Shown one piece after another: positions 1-14,975 of a stretch of 64,000 bases of DNA (the stretch's first letter is position 1; every line of letters begins with the position of its first letter). The stretch lies in NCBI RefSeq assembly GCF_009914755.1, contig NC_060929.1. One strand, 5' to 3'. The translations under genes and the position numbers were made by a program. The notes below the pieces were generated by a model. That model made no database searches. It was not told the DNA's origin and worked only from the letters and a program-made list of their open reading frames with translations. The DNA is from the human T2T-CHM13v2.0 reference genome, Homo sapiens.

Positions 1-145
1 AATTAAAGCTTTAAGAGCAATATATTTGTGTTACACAAGTGCATTTTTCTTAATTATATATATATATAATTTTAACGAAAGGAAGGAACTGAAATTAGTA
101 TAAATGAAGTAATAGAATTATATTACTAGGAAAGAAAAGGAAATA

Positions 146-448
146 CAATAGGCTCTCTGTATCTGCAGATGCAACCAACTGGAGATAAAAAAATTTGGGA
201 AAAAACAAGAGAAAGAAAAATACAGTAATAGAAAACAATACAAATTTTAAAGTAATACAGTGTAACTATTTACATATTATTTACATTTACATAGGTACTA
301 TAAACAATATAGAGATGGTTTACAGCATGCAGGGGGATTGCATAGTTAACATGCAAATACTATGCCATTTATATAAGACTTGAGCATCTGTGAATTTTGG
401 TGTCCACAAGGGTTCTGATCCAAACCCCAGTGGACACCAGATGATTCT
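146..448 (-). mobile_element. MER2-like Tigger-family MITE
   Basis: Matches reverse complement of remembered MER2 consensus (..atgcaaatactatgccatttatataagacttgagcatctgtgaattttgg..); explains ORF 195-383 as spurious. Confidence 0.75.
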
Positions 449-1605
449 ATGTGCTTTCTGGGGTGACAGTACAGTAGAACCTAGAGCTGAATAAAAAAAA
501 TTATTTTAAATTGTCATTAAGTGCCAACAATTTTCCTTAAGTGGAACTGAAAAGTAGACTAAAATTGTGTTTTACTCTACTGAGCTACACTTATTGTCAT
601 TAAGTTAAACAATGTTAAAGCAAATCTTGGTGTAAACTTTCAACCTTATCTTTTCAAACATTCCTCTTTTATTTCTCCAATAAATATAATGTTATTTAAT
701 TTAGAGAGGTTTCCAGTAATATCTTCTTTTTGCAATTTACCACTGAGAAAGTGTTCGATACTGTCAATTATTATTTCTCCTTTACTTCAAACTACTTAAA
801 TATAAATGCTTTATATTATGTTGTTCAGTCTGTCACTATGCTAAATTGTTTCTTGTGCAAGAAAAGACTCTTAGGCTTATGCCAATGCCCTTGATCTTTT
901 TGAGTAATTTTGCTATTGTATGTTACTTTCATTAAGAAAAGAACATTTGACAGTTAAATCATTTCTCACTATCAAATGTACAGTTGCAATTAAGAAGTTT
1001 TATAGACTATTAAAGGTGGAGGTTTGGTGTGAACACAGACTCATCTGAAATAAACACTTAGATATATAGTTGGGTCTATAATTATCAATGTATATGTAAG
1101 CTAGACATGGAAGCACAAACTCAAAGAGAAAAAAAGGAAATGAATAAACAACATTATAAAGATCAAAATATTTTTGCATATTTTGAAAAATACTAAATTT
1201 ATTTTTTTAGTTTGTATTGAAATAGTATAGAAGGTTATACTTTATCAGAAAAAATATTTGATTAAAAATTGTAGTACTCATTCCTTGGTCTGTAATTAAA
1301 TTGTGAAACATGCTGGCATAATTTAAAATAAAGGTCTTAGTACTCAGCAGCAGCAGACAATCATTAATTGCAAAGCCTTTGCATTCTGCCCTGTCAATCA
1401 GCAGAAGTCACAAATCAATCAGCTAGTTGGCATAGGAATCAAAGTCAGAGAGGAAAATAATTTCTGCTTAGCTATAATAAAGTACATTGCCTTTTTTTAG
1501 TGGAAAACAATTGAATGGTTTTTTATCATGAATAAAATTTAATTTTGAATATGCGTGCCTACTACCAGTTTAGTGATCTACCATTTCAGTAGTTTTTCTT
1601 TCTAA

Positions 1606-2870
1606 TTAAAAAAAATTGTTTAACAGCTCTACTAAAGTATAATTGATGCGTGAAGAGTCATATATATTTAATGTGCACAATATCATGATTTCAGACATTG
1701 GCAAAAACTTGTGACATCATCAGCACAATCAAAGTAATAGACATCTAACAGCTTCCAGAGTTTCCTATGTCCCTTTGCCTTGTTGGTGGTGGTGGCCTCG
1801 ATGTTATCGTTTTGTGGGGTGTAGAGGTAGTAAGAACACTTAACATGGAATCTATTCTGCTAACATAGTGTGACCTGCTCAATACTGTATTGTTAACTAT
1901 AGGTACTATGCTGTAGACCAGATCTCTGGAAGCTACTCATCTTGCATAACTGAAACTTTATGCCAATTGAACAACTCCCTATTTCCTCCACCCCGACAGC
2001 CCCTGGCAACTATTATTGTCTTCTGTACTTCCATGAGTTTGACTGTAACAGATCTCTCATATAAGTGGAATTATTCAGTATTTGTCCTTGTGTGACTGGC
2101 TTATTTCACTAGTATAATACTCTCCAGGTTCTTCCATGTTGTTGCAAATAGCAAGCTTTTCTTTATTTTCAAGGCTGAATAATAGTACTTTATATTTATA
2201 TGCCACATTTCCTATATCCATTTATTTGTGGATAGATACTTGAGCTGTTTTCACATCTCGGCTATTTTGAATGATACTGTAATAACATGGAAGTGCAGAT
2301 ATTTCCTTGACATAATAATTTCAATTCTTTGTGATAAATATCAGAAATAGGATTATTGGATAATATGGTATTTCTATTTTTATTTGTATTTCTATTTTTA
2401 AATTTTCAAGGATCCACCATACTGTTTCTTACATCTAGGTACCATTTTACATTGCCACCAGCAGTGCAGAGGATTAAAATTTCTCTACATATTCACTAAC
2501 AATTATCTTTTGTTACTTTGATAAAGCCATTCTAACAGGTACGAAGTACTATGTCACTGTGGTTTTAATTTGCATTTTACTGATAATTACTGATGTTGAA
2601 CATCTTTTCATATATCTGTTGGCCATTCATATGTCTTCTTTAGAGAAATGTCCACTCAAGTGCTTCGCCCATTCATGAATAGGGTCTTAGGAATTCCTTA
2701 CACATTTATATATTTTGAAAATTAACTTCTTATCAGATGTGTGGCTTGCAATTATTTTCTCCTGTTTTTATTATTGCTCCTGTCATTCTGTTGATTGTGT
2801 CCTTTGGTGTGTGGAAGCTTTTTAGTGTGATGTAGTACCACTTTTCTATTTTTACTTTTTCCTGTGCTAG
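1606..2870 (-). mobile_element. Old L1 (L1MA/L1MB-type) 3' end
   Basis: Antisense L1 3'UTR/ORF2-end motifs: ataagtggaattattcagtatttgtcc, gtgactggcttatttcact, cattgccaccagcagtg, gatgttgaacatcttttcata. Confidence 0.85.
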
Positions 2871-2887
2871 TTTTCTAAACATTTTCT

Positions 2888-3188
2888 ATTTTTTTTTTTT
2901 TTTTTTTTTTTGAGATGGTCTTGCCCTGTTGCCCAGGTTGGAGTATGTAATGGTGCAATCTCGGCTCACTGTAACCTCTGCCTCCTGGGTTCAAGCGATT
3001 CTCCTGCCTCAGCTTCCTGAGTAGCTTGGATTACAGGCACGCACCACTATGCCCAGCTAATTTTTTGTATCTTTAGTAGAGACAGGGTATCACCATGATG
3101 GCCAGGCTGGTCCCGAACTCCCGACCCCTTGATCCACTCGCCTTAGGCTCTCACAGTGCTGGGATTACAGGTGTGAGCCACCGCATGG
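2888..3188 (-). mobile_element. Alu (AluS-type)
   Basis: Poly-T plus full dimer; TSD ctaaacattttct at 2875-2887 and 3189-3201. Confidence 0.95.
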
Positions 3189-3823
3189 CTAAACATTTTC
3201 TTACGTAAATATGCTTGAATCATTTTCAACTTCCTCTATGTCTTACAGTGTTCTACCTTCTCAAACATCTTTCTAGATTTCCTAAGTGAAAAATAATAAA
3301 AATGCTGCATATCCATAGCCTAAATTAGAATGTTGGAGAAATGCATTGTTCTTAATAAATAATATTGTTCAGAATACAGACAAAAGGTTGTCCAATGAAT
3401 ATTTCAGTTTCATTGTTGGTTGTTTTTAAGTGATTTATATTTACATTCCTGTATTGAAAGAATAAACACATTCATAATATTAGAGTAAAATAGTCACATT
3501 TTATTAGATACATTTTGCATGATTTAAACTTTATTAAAATTTTCTACACATCTGATATTGATGTAACTATGTATAGATGTTAATGCTTTAAGGCTGCTGG
3601 ATCTATCAATGTATATTTAAACAGTACAATGCTTTTACATAAAGGATATATAATGAATTGTACGAGTGAACATAATTTTAATTCTCATTTTTATTTGACA
3701 TTAGTTAATATATTTTATTCATCTTACATCATTTCTGATTTTAAAAAGTTGCCAATGCTAGAATAAAATATTTTAAAATTCTACTATCTTGTACTAACCT
3801 CCTTTCTCTTCTAATATTTTTCC

Positions 3824-4394
3824 TGTATAAATTAGTCAGGATTCTTCAGAGAAACAGAGACAATATGATACCTATGGATATATTAGAGGGGACTTATTTT
3901 AGAAATTATTTCATGTGACTATGGAGGCTGAGAAGTCACATAATATGTCACCGCAAGTTGAAGGCCCAAGAAAGCTAACGATGTAATTTAGTCTGGGTCC
4001 AAGAGTCTGAACAACGGAAAAGCCAATGGTATAATTCCCGGTCAAAGGCCAAATGCCTGAGAACCTGGGGACAGGATAGCAGATGGATCTCTGGTTTATG
4101 TATTAGGGTCTGAAGCCCTGAGACCTGAAAAAGCCGATGTCCCAGGGCCAGAGAAGAGAGACATCCTAGCTCAGAGAATTCACCCTTCCTCTACTTTTTT
4201 GCTCTATCTGGGCCCTCAAGAGATTGTGTGATGCCCACTCACATTAGTGACAATGAACATTTTTTACTCAGTTCATTGATCCAAATGTTAATCTCTCCTG
4301 GAACACATCCTCACAGACACACCTAGAAATGTTTCACCAGCCATCTGGGTATCCCTTAACCTAATCAAGTGGACACATAAAATTAAACATCACA
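3824..4394 (-). mobile_element. MLT2B-type ERV-L solo LTR
   Basis: ttagtcaggattcttcagagaaacaga ... atggaggctgagaagtc ... cctcacagacacacctagaaat ... acacataaaattaaacatcaca. Confidence 0.8.
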
Positions 4395-5522
4395 TTGTGT
4401 GTATATTACATTCATTTTAAAAAATAGTTTTAAATTAGACATATTGAAAATTAGCCAACTAAGATGCATATTACATTATTTAAAGTTCTGTGTCTCTTGA
4501 GTATAATTCCCGGATATTCAAAAATATAATAAAATATTATTAGATTTTGGTATCTCAATTGCATAACAAAGTCAAAAATGTCTAACATTGATATGTCATT
4601 TCTTTGATGGTCATATTTAAGTAACTTATCTTAAATTTATTCATTTCATAAACTAAATATGGGTATGTTCTTTTGGCTAGCTGTTCCAATATGAACCTCT
4701 ACCATATAACTATATGTGCTTGCTTTTTTCCACTTCTAAAATGATATATAAAGTTTAATGGATCATTTCATAACAGTCTATAAAACACCTTTCTAGTATG
4801 TTTAAGTTATATTAATGCTGCAAATGTTTGATATTGTACCTATGTCTGCTAATGTTAAAGGCAATATATATATATCAAACTGTTTTAAACAAGCTAACCA
4901 GATATGTACAAAACTTATTGTACACAGTAATGTAAAAGTAATAGAAAAATGTAAATTGATTTATTTGGCATGGCTGGTGTATGCCTTTAAACCAAGATGA
5001 TATACTTTTTTGTTAAACATAGGATGTGATAAAATAATTGATTAAATTGCATTACCTTTTATCTTATAATAGTAATATAGAAACCAAATGCCTATAAGAC
5101 AAATCTATAATTTAAAACAAATAATTTAAATGAAGTGTATTTGATTATATAACTGATCATAATTTGAAAGACCTAATGAATAAGTCTAGAAAAGAAAGTT
5201 TTATTACCGACATTAATAATTATATCTATTACAGTTAACATGATCTTTTGAGCTATTTCTAAATCTCAATGGAAAGTAGATCTTGTAGAATACATTAATT
5301 TGTTTGTTTGTTTGTTTTAGGTTCTTAAACCATGGAATTAGTAACAGGAATACAAGAGAGGAACGAGTCAATGATCTGATAGAAACACTAGGACACTTTC
5401 TGTAATGAAGGACTAGATAATAAATAGGCTTTGCAGGTCATAAGGCCTCTGCTACAATTACTCAATTCTGCCACTGTATCAGAAAAATAGACACAGATTG
5501 TATGTAAATTAATGGCTATGGA

Positions 5523-6430
<908 letters not shown>

Positions 6431-6740
6431 GGTTGTTTCCAGTAAAACCTTATTTGCAAAAAAGAAGTGGTAAACCTTAATTTGGTGACACTTGATTTAA
6501 TAAAAAGAGTTGACAACTACAACAACAACAAAAAAAAAATATAGCAATAAAAAGACAAAAGCAAAATTCAAATGTTGTGGCCTTCACCTACTCATGAAAG
6601 CTTTCTGGCTGATTGTCTTAGAATCACTTAAATACTGGATGTCAAATAGAATTTACCTTTTGCCATCTTTCTTCTTGAACATATAGAATATTCCCCATAT
6701 GTTTAGCAAGTCCACACACCAAATAATAAGCATAAAAGTC

Positions 6741-7126
6741 TGTATTTTGGGATACATTTCTGCCCTCCCACTAATATTTACAAGTTAAAGTCCTAGGCCG
6801 CACTAACACAGAATATGACTATTTGGATACAGGGGCCTAAGGAGGCAATTAAGTTAAAATTATATTATTAGTATGGACCCTAATCCAGTAAAACTGATGT
6901 CCTTCTAAGAAGAGAAAATTTGCACAGAAACAGGTACAGAGCAAAGACCATGTCAAGATACAGGGAGAAGATGGTTATCTGCAAGTCTTAGAGAAAGAGA
7001 AAACTCAGAAGAAACCAACCATGAAGACAAACACCTTGATCTTAGCCTTCTAGTCTCCGGAACTGTAAAAAATAAATTTCTATTTTTTAAACCCCCTAGT
7101 CTGTGATACCCTAGCAAACTAATGCA
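6741..7126 (+). mobile_element. MLT1B-like MaLR solo LTR
   Basis: ccctaatccagtaaaactgatgtccttctaagaagag..acaccttgatcttagccttctagtctccggaactgt..aataaatttc..ctagcaaactaatgca. Confidence 0.8.
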
Positions 7127-7150
7127 GTCTGCTTTCCATTTTATTTGAAG

Positions 7151-7303
7151 CAATAATATAGAGTTTATTTTGTATTTTGTATAGGCATATATGCTATCTC
7201 ATAATTCAAATTCAATGAATTTTGATTATGAGAATTATGAGAATTTGAATCATGAGATAGCATATATATCCATACAAAATACAAAATAAACTCCGTATTA
7301 TTG
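7151..7303. repeat. Inverted repeat, 63-bp arms (57/63 identical), 27-nt spacer
   Basis: 7151-7213 versus reverse complement of 7241-7303 compared by hand: 6 mismatches, all transitions. Confidence 0.95.
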
Positions 7304-8079
7304 ACTTAATGACATTGATTCATTCCTGAGAACCTTGACATTAAAAAGAAAAATTTTTGTTCATTTTAATGGGAGAATATTAAATATTTTGTCTCATTCT
7401 AGATACTCAATTTTCACGTGTGTATATATATGAATTATATAAAGTAAACCCATTTTGTATAAGTAATCAACAATGATATAAGCATAAATATAGATTTTAC
7501 ATAAGAGATAATGGCCTTAAATATTATCATACTTGCCAGAGTAGGACCAGAAGACCAGAACAGCTTGCAGTTAGTTAAGAAAGGTTATGGGGACGTCATT
7601 CTTTCAAAGGTGCATTCTTCGAGAAAACACGATAACTTACACCTATGCTGCACTTAAAAATAAACCTATTACCCAGAAAAAAATAGAAAAAATACAGATG
7701 ACATAAAGGCCTTCAAAATTCAGAAAATAGCAAACATTCATATATATTAAAGAAGAGAAAAATTAATCTTTCTTGCTTGTCATATGCATATAAAACAAAA
7801 TATTTAGAGTTCTATTTATATTCTCCAGTTAGAAACTATTGTTTTGAAGAAATTGCTGATTGCCTTTGTCTGAAATCATGATAAATAAAATGTTCCTTTT
7901 ATTATTTAGTGGTTTTCTACGTGAAAAAGTCATTGTAACAGCCCTATATTGCCTGGAGACAGTACAATAACTGTAGCACCCTTTAAAATAAAGCTTGCTT
8001 TCCTCATGACCTTAACCTGCCTACACTAATTATCCACGTAGAAGCAGCATGAGCAAGATATTGAAATCCTCCTCCAGAG

Positions 8080-10920
8080 TAAATATGTCAAGAATGCCAA
8101 AGAAATTATAATACTTGGCTAATATATGGTACCAGGAACGAAGAATAGTGAGTGCTAATACATCTTGAGAGTGTTGGATGAGGTTACACAGTGTTTAAGG
8201 TGAATTTAGAAAAAAAACATTTTTTTTAAACAAGAGGATACTCACTATACTCACCCATGAGTAGGAATTCTACATTTTAGCAAGGAAACTTGAAGCAAAT
8301 TTTAATAATCTGCTGATATGTGTCTTTGGAGTTTGAGCATAACAGTGGCCTACATTAAATGAAGAGAAAATATCAGAAATGTATTGGCATGTTATTCAGG
8401 GAGAGAGAGGTTCTAGGAAGTGAATGTTTGAATGGTCTTGCTGAGTAAAATTGGAGATTCCAGAGGACACCCCTCATATAAAAGTGGCAAGGAATACACT
8501 AGCAAGGCAATATGCCTGCATCTTTAAGAAGCTTGGTGGTAGCAGTCTCTGTAGGCTAGTTTGGAGGTAAAAGGTGTTTTCATGAGCCTATAATCATTAG
8601 TGTTAATGAAGATGTTGGAAGTTAGGAATTAAAGAGCCCAGAAGTCACAATAAGTGTTAGAGGCAAAGTAAACATAGTTAATAAAATAGGAAATAAGCCC
8701 AGATTTATAAACAGGTGTCCTGATGAGCAGATATTTGTGGGAAAAGCAAGCAAATAGGGATTGTCAATGGATAAGAGATGCTCAGTTAAGGAGGATTTTT
8801 CTAGATTAGTACAAAAGGCCAAATTAAGAACTAGCAAACATCAGCTTCCTTAGCTGGAAATTCTGCTTCTTCACGCAGTTTCCTGATGTAAATCAGTTTA
8901 AAGACCTAGAATCCATTAGGTATATGGAGAGGCTTCTTCTCATTGAAGAAGGATCCAGAAACATCATTACGTTATTTAGTCCCTGATCTATTCCCCAGAG
9001 AAATTATGGCTAATCATTAGTGACTGTTGCACCTAAGAGAAGGTAATTTCTGAATACTGACAGGATACTTAAATATGATATATGAACTGATACCGAAGCT
9101 AGAGGACTAGAAAAAAACATCCCATTATAGCATTCCAGTTACAGAGGGGGCTTGAAAATACCACGTGACAGGGTATTAGTCCACATCTCACAGTGGAGTT
9201 AATGTTTTTGTGAAGGCATTTTGTGGTTTTCCTTGTCTCAAATTATACAATAGAATGCAGATAACTAGCAAATGGCAGAAACATTACATATTTTTTATCT
9301 TATGAAGAATAAAGACCACAAAGTAGAATGACATTAAATAAAAAGAATTGTCCTTTCTAGGAAAGTCTATAGAGATTAGTTATACTAACAAATTGTGGTG
9401 GATGTTGAGATAGTGGTGGCCCTTGCAAACTTTGTATAAATTGTGACAGATGATAGTGGGATAACTTTTCAGGTGGTAACCACAATTACAGCTGCTCTGC
9501 CAGATATAGGAGCTGCCTGTAGCAGAATAACATAGCTTCTAATGCTTAGTTTCCCCTAATTATCCAGCAAATGTGTTATGAATTGCCATCAGTAGAGAAT
9601 ATCAAAAGTAGTTTTCTTTCACTTAGTAAAGAAAAAAGTACGTGTTCACTGTCTTGCCCCCTCACTATGCTAACTCTCTTATTTTAATCATAAAATAGTC
9701 CCAAAGAACCCTCATTTAATGACATTCAACTGATACTCAATGCTTATCCACGTATTAATGTCATAATGCTAATTAGATCTGGTGAGCAGAAATTGGCAAG
9801 CACCTTTGTTTTCATAATAAGATACATGCATATTAGCATGAGAAGATAAATTCAAAAAATATTTAGGGACTTATGAATTGTGAAATATTTTACAGATTCA
9901 ATGTTTTAGGAAATAATGGGATAACTTATCTGAGATATGCCTTCCACCATAAAAAAAATTGTATGGAATAAAGCACCTTGTAGATGTCAGCCAGCCTTTA
10001 TCATCAGCTTCATCAGTTTGGGAGCAAAGGGCTCATGAGCTAAACAAATATCTTTTCTTTAAGAGATGGAAGATAAGTATTTGTTGCGAACATGAGCCTT
10101 GTCTTGCCTAGTGAGATCTAGCTATATCCACTGGCAAATGCCCAGCGCCTAAGCTGGTATCATATGAAATAAAAGGTGAGCATCATTCTTCTTGGGGACC
10201 AAACAGCCATTTTAGACTTTTGTATAGTGAAAGTACAGTGATTAAATTTCACTGGAATTTTATATATATAATAGATATGTACTTGGCTTCTTTGCCTGCA
10301 ATGAATGTATCATTATCTGAAGACTCACAAAATACTTTTCATAACAACATAGCATTGATACAGAATTACCTAAAAGATTGCAATTTAAGCCAAAAATTTA
10401 CATAAATTTGTGTACAACTACAGTATCCAGTGGCCTTTCAGAGCACCTAATAACATTGAATCACTTCCTTAACAAAATACAGCTATGCACCACATGAAAT
10501 ATACGTGGTTGAAAAAGGACTACATATATGACAGAAGTGTCATAAGATTATAATACAAATTTTTACTATGGCTTTTATATGCTTAAATACTACCATTGTG
10601 TTACAATAGCCATAGTATTCCCTGCAGTAACATGCTGTTCAAGTTTGTAGCCTAGGAGCAATAGGCCGTACCATATAGCTTAGATTATGTGGTAAGGCGT
10701 ACCATCCAGATTTGTATAAATGGATTATATGATCTCACAAGTACAAAATTTCCTAGTGACACATTTTTAAAAACGTTTCTCCATCTTTAAGAGATGGATT
10801 ACTGTAGTTTAGTGGTTTGTTAAAGCTAATGCCATCTTGTCAAAAATACTCTGCCACATTTGAGTGACATTCTCCATGACGCAGTGTACTTTCTGAACTA
10901 CGAGTTGATATCCATGTTCC
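8080..10920 (+). mobile_element. Highly decayed ERV-L class internal region (gag-pro-pol remnants)
   Basis: Relics of HERV-L-like RT: aggtggtaaccacaattacagctgctctgccagat (~9471-9505), gtgttcactgtcttgccc (~FTVLP, 9642), cttatccacgtattaatgtcataatgctaatt (decayed HYIDDIMLI, ~9743-9775). No open frame. Confidence 0.65.
10480..10804 (+). mobile_element. Tigger3a (Golem-derived) MITE inserted in the ERV-L relic
   Basis: cataagattataatac..taccattgtgttacaat..cagtaacatgctg..tttgtagcctaggagcaataggc; flanked by TA on both sides. Confidence 0.85.
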
Positions 10921-11421
10921 ATCAATGTAAGCATTGAAGCCTTAGAAAATGCAAGCATTGAAGCCTTAAGTTGGAATTAGGATTAGCATCTATATTTATT
11001 TGTTTATTGTGATTTGAACTCATTGGCAAAGGCTCTAATATACCATGAGAACATACGGCACTTCTCTTAAGTAAACAGAAGCAGACATAGGCATAAGAGT
11101 AAGAAACACTTCTGTGTCATAAATAAAAACTCAACTTTTCTTTTACTGAAAGTGGTCTGGTTAATTCTTACTACCTTAAGATATTTTACTGGCCCTCTCA
11201 TGTTATGTACAAAGTTAAAGCTAAATGTCTGGTCATCATTGTTGAAAAACTAGTTATAGCTTTGAAGTTACCTGTTCAATTTTGACAAGAAAAAGTTGAG
11301 GTTTTTAAATTCCAAATATGGTTTTAAATGCTAAAACTGTAGGAGCTTTCTTCATTGACTCTTTGAAAAGAATTTGACTGGCTGAATAAGCGAAAAATAT
11401 TACAGCCAAATAATGTATTAT

Positions 11422-12569
11422 TGTGTCCGGAATTGGTGGGTTCTTTGTCTCACTGACTTCAAGAATAAAGCCACTGACCCTCACAGTGAGGGTCACAGTT
11501 CTTAAAGATGATGTGTCTGGAGTTTCTTCCTTCTGATGTTCCGACATCTCGCTGATTTCAGGAGTGAAGCTGCAGACCTTCGTGGTGAGTCTTACAGTTC
11601 ATAAATGTGGCTTGGACTCAAAGAGTGAGCAGCAGCAAGATTTCTAGGGAACAGCAAAAGAATAAAAGTTCCACACTGTGGAAAGCCACCCTAGCAGGTT
11701 GCCACTGCTGGTTCAGGCAGCCTGCTTTTATTCCCTTATCTGACACCACTCACATCCTGCTGATTGGTCCATTTTACAGAGAGCTGATTGGCCCATTTTA
11801 CAGAGATCTGATTGGTCCATTTTGACAGGGTGCTGATTGGTGCATTTACAATCCCTGAGCTAGACACAGAGTGCTGATTTGTGCATTTACAATCCTCTAG
11901 CTAAACATAAAAGTTCTCCAAGTCCCCAGCAGACTCAGGAGCCCAGCTGGCTTCACCTAGTGGATCCCATGCCAGGGCTGCAGGAGGAGCTGCCCACCAG
12001 TCCCACACCGCATGCTCACACTCCTCAGCCCTTGGGTGATCGATGGGACTGGGTGCCATGGAGCAGGGGGCGGCACCTGTTGGGGAGGCTTGGGCTGCGT
12101 GGGAGCCCACCTTGGGGGGTGGTGCTTGGGCATGGTGGGCTGCAGGTCCCAAGCCCTGCCCCACGGAGAAGTGGCTGAGGCCCGGCGAGAATTTGAGCGT
12201 GGCGTGGGTGGAGTCCGGCAGTGTTGGGGGACCCAGCACACCCTCTGCAGCTGCTGGCCCAGGTGCTAAGCCCCTCACTGCCCAAGGCCCATGGTGCCAG
12301 CTGGCCACTCCGAGTGTGGGGCCCGCTGAGCCCGCCCCCACCCGGAACTCCCCCGCGAGCGCTGCATGCAGCCCCGGTTTCTGCCCGCACCTCTCCCTCC
12401 ATGCCTCCCCACAAGCAGAGGGAGCCCACTCTGGCATCGGCCAGCCCAGAGTGGGGCTCCCACAGTGCAGCAGCAGGCTGAAGGGCTCCTCAAGCACAAC
12501 CAGAATGGACGCTGAGGCCAAGGAGGTGCCAAGAGCAAGCGAGGTCTGCTAGCACGTTGTCACCTCTCA
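11422..12569 (-). mobile_element. LTR12 (ERV9) solo LTR, long GC-rich form (LTR12C/D/E-like)
   Basis: Ends tgtgtccggaattggtgggttc and ttgtcacctctca; 4-bp TSD ttat (11418-11421, 12570-12573); tandem gctgattgg repeats; source of the GC-rich ORF cluster 11879-12552. Confidence 0.95.
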
Positions 12570-13421
12570 TTATCATATTAACCTGATTATTTAAATTTTC
12601 ATATTCAATGAAAGCTTTCTATTTAGTAACAACTTAGGATATCAATAGTGTCTAACTTTAGCCTCACTTGAAGAAAATCATTACCAAAATAACCAATCAA
12701 AATGTTTACCCTATTGTAATTTTTACAACTATGCTTATTTATTATAATTACTAGCCTAACCCACTATCCTCCAGGTCTCCTTAGAGACAGTTATTATGAG
12801 GTTGATTACTTTGTTTATTGAAAAATTAAAATTAGAATGGTTTATGTCCTAAAGAAAATGACAAATATATGTTTCAATAAATTTGACAATAATTAGCTAA
12901 TGTCTGAGGTTTGATGTAGATTTTGGCCTCACATCATCTCTCTTTCAATGAGTGGTCCAAAATACCTATTTTTTTAAGTTCTATTCCCTTGGAATATGTT
13001 GCTTCTCCTGTGTTATTCAAGACCTTCTCTAGCCAGAGTTATTACCTTGAATCAGTCTACTTTCATCTGGTGCCAGCTTATTGCAAAAGACTTTATATTA
13101 TTCAGGGTGAAATGCTTTTCATTTTCAGTCAAATATTCATGGGTAATATGCTAGAGGGCATTGCGATGAATAAAAGATGGGGAGGAATAATGTGTCAGAA
13201 CTACAGGTAAAAGTAAGATAAATAGTCTTATAAGGTCTTATATATGTTAAACATGCTTTCTATTTTTTGATAATGTAGTCTTCTAAACACAACTTATGAA
13301 GAAGAAAAGATAACATCTGTATCATATTACCTATAATACTTAGCTCCCTCAAAACATATTTTTATAAATATATATTACATTTTTAAATAATAAATGTTAA
13401 AATTATACTTTAATTTCCTAA

Positions 13422-14188
<767 letters not shown>

Positions 14189-14616
14189 CTGATGTTAATT
14201 GAGATACTATAGATAATACAGACAATTGCTAATTTTAATTACTATGAGAAAATAATACTACCTAGAAGGAACTCAGTGATAAGCCTTTTGAAGATTTGAA
14301 AGATTCAAGGCAATAGTTTTCCCAAATGCCATCATTCCAAAAGGTGGAAAGACATTCATACAGTAACTTTCCTCAAGAAACAGAGATGAGGTATCAATTG
14401 AAATAAAACCGAATTAAGCAACCCACAGACAATCCTTATTTATTTTATTGTATTTAGAGTTCTGCAGATTATCTCACAACTACTAAGAAATAGTATCATT
14501 TTAATTTAAAAATGCTTTGTCATTCCCTTGTTCTGAACTATTCAGAGTCATTGGAAGCATTTCTCTTTCACTATGATTTATTCATTTCAATTTATTGTGG
14601 ATTACCTCTTTGGGAT

Positions 14617-14975
14617 TGCATTAGTCCATTTTCATGCTGCTATGAAGACATACCCAAGGTTGGGTAATGTATAAAGAAAAAATGTTTAATTGACTTACAG
14701 TTCCACTGAGGCTGGGAAGGCCTCAGGAAACTTACAATCATGGTGGAAGGCACCTTTCCACAGGGAGGCAGCAGGAATGAGTGCTGAGCAAAGGGGGAAA
14801 CCTCTTATAAAATCATGAGATCTAGTGAGAATTTACTCACTATCAGGAGAACAGCATAAGGGTAACTGCCCCTGTGATTTAATTACCTCCCACTGAGTTA
14901 CTCCCACCAAACAGGGGATTATGGGCACTACAATTCAAGATGAGATTTGGGGGAGAACACAGCAAAACCATATCA
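14617..14975 (-). mobile_element. THE1D-like MaLR solo LTR
   Basis: THE1 motifs; exact 5-bp TSD gggat at 14612-14616 and 14976-14980. Confidence 0.9.

Noticed and set aside
1519-1537. 18-nt match (tttttatcatgaataaaa) to the reverse complement of ~18065-18083
   Set aside because: AT-rich quasi-palindrome with no flanking similarity; compatible with chance.
11755-11900. Spaced short repeats resembling a CRISPR array (also 46365-46455)
   Set aside because: Internal tandem repeats of LTR12 and LTR10; no unique spacers; eukaryotic context.
11879-12552. Cluster of overlapping 85-206 aa ORFs in a GC-rich island
   Set aside because: Entirely within the LTR12 U3; GC-rich sequence lacks stops on all frames; no protein motif.
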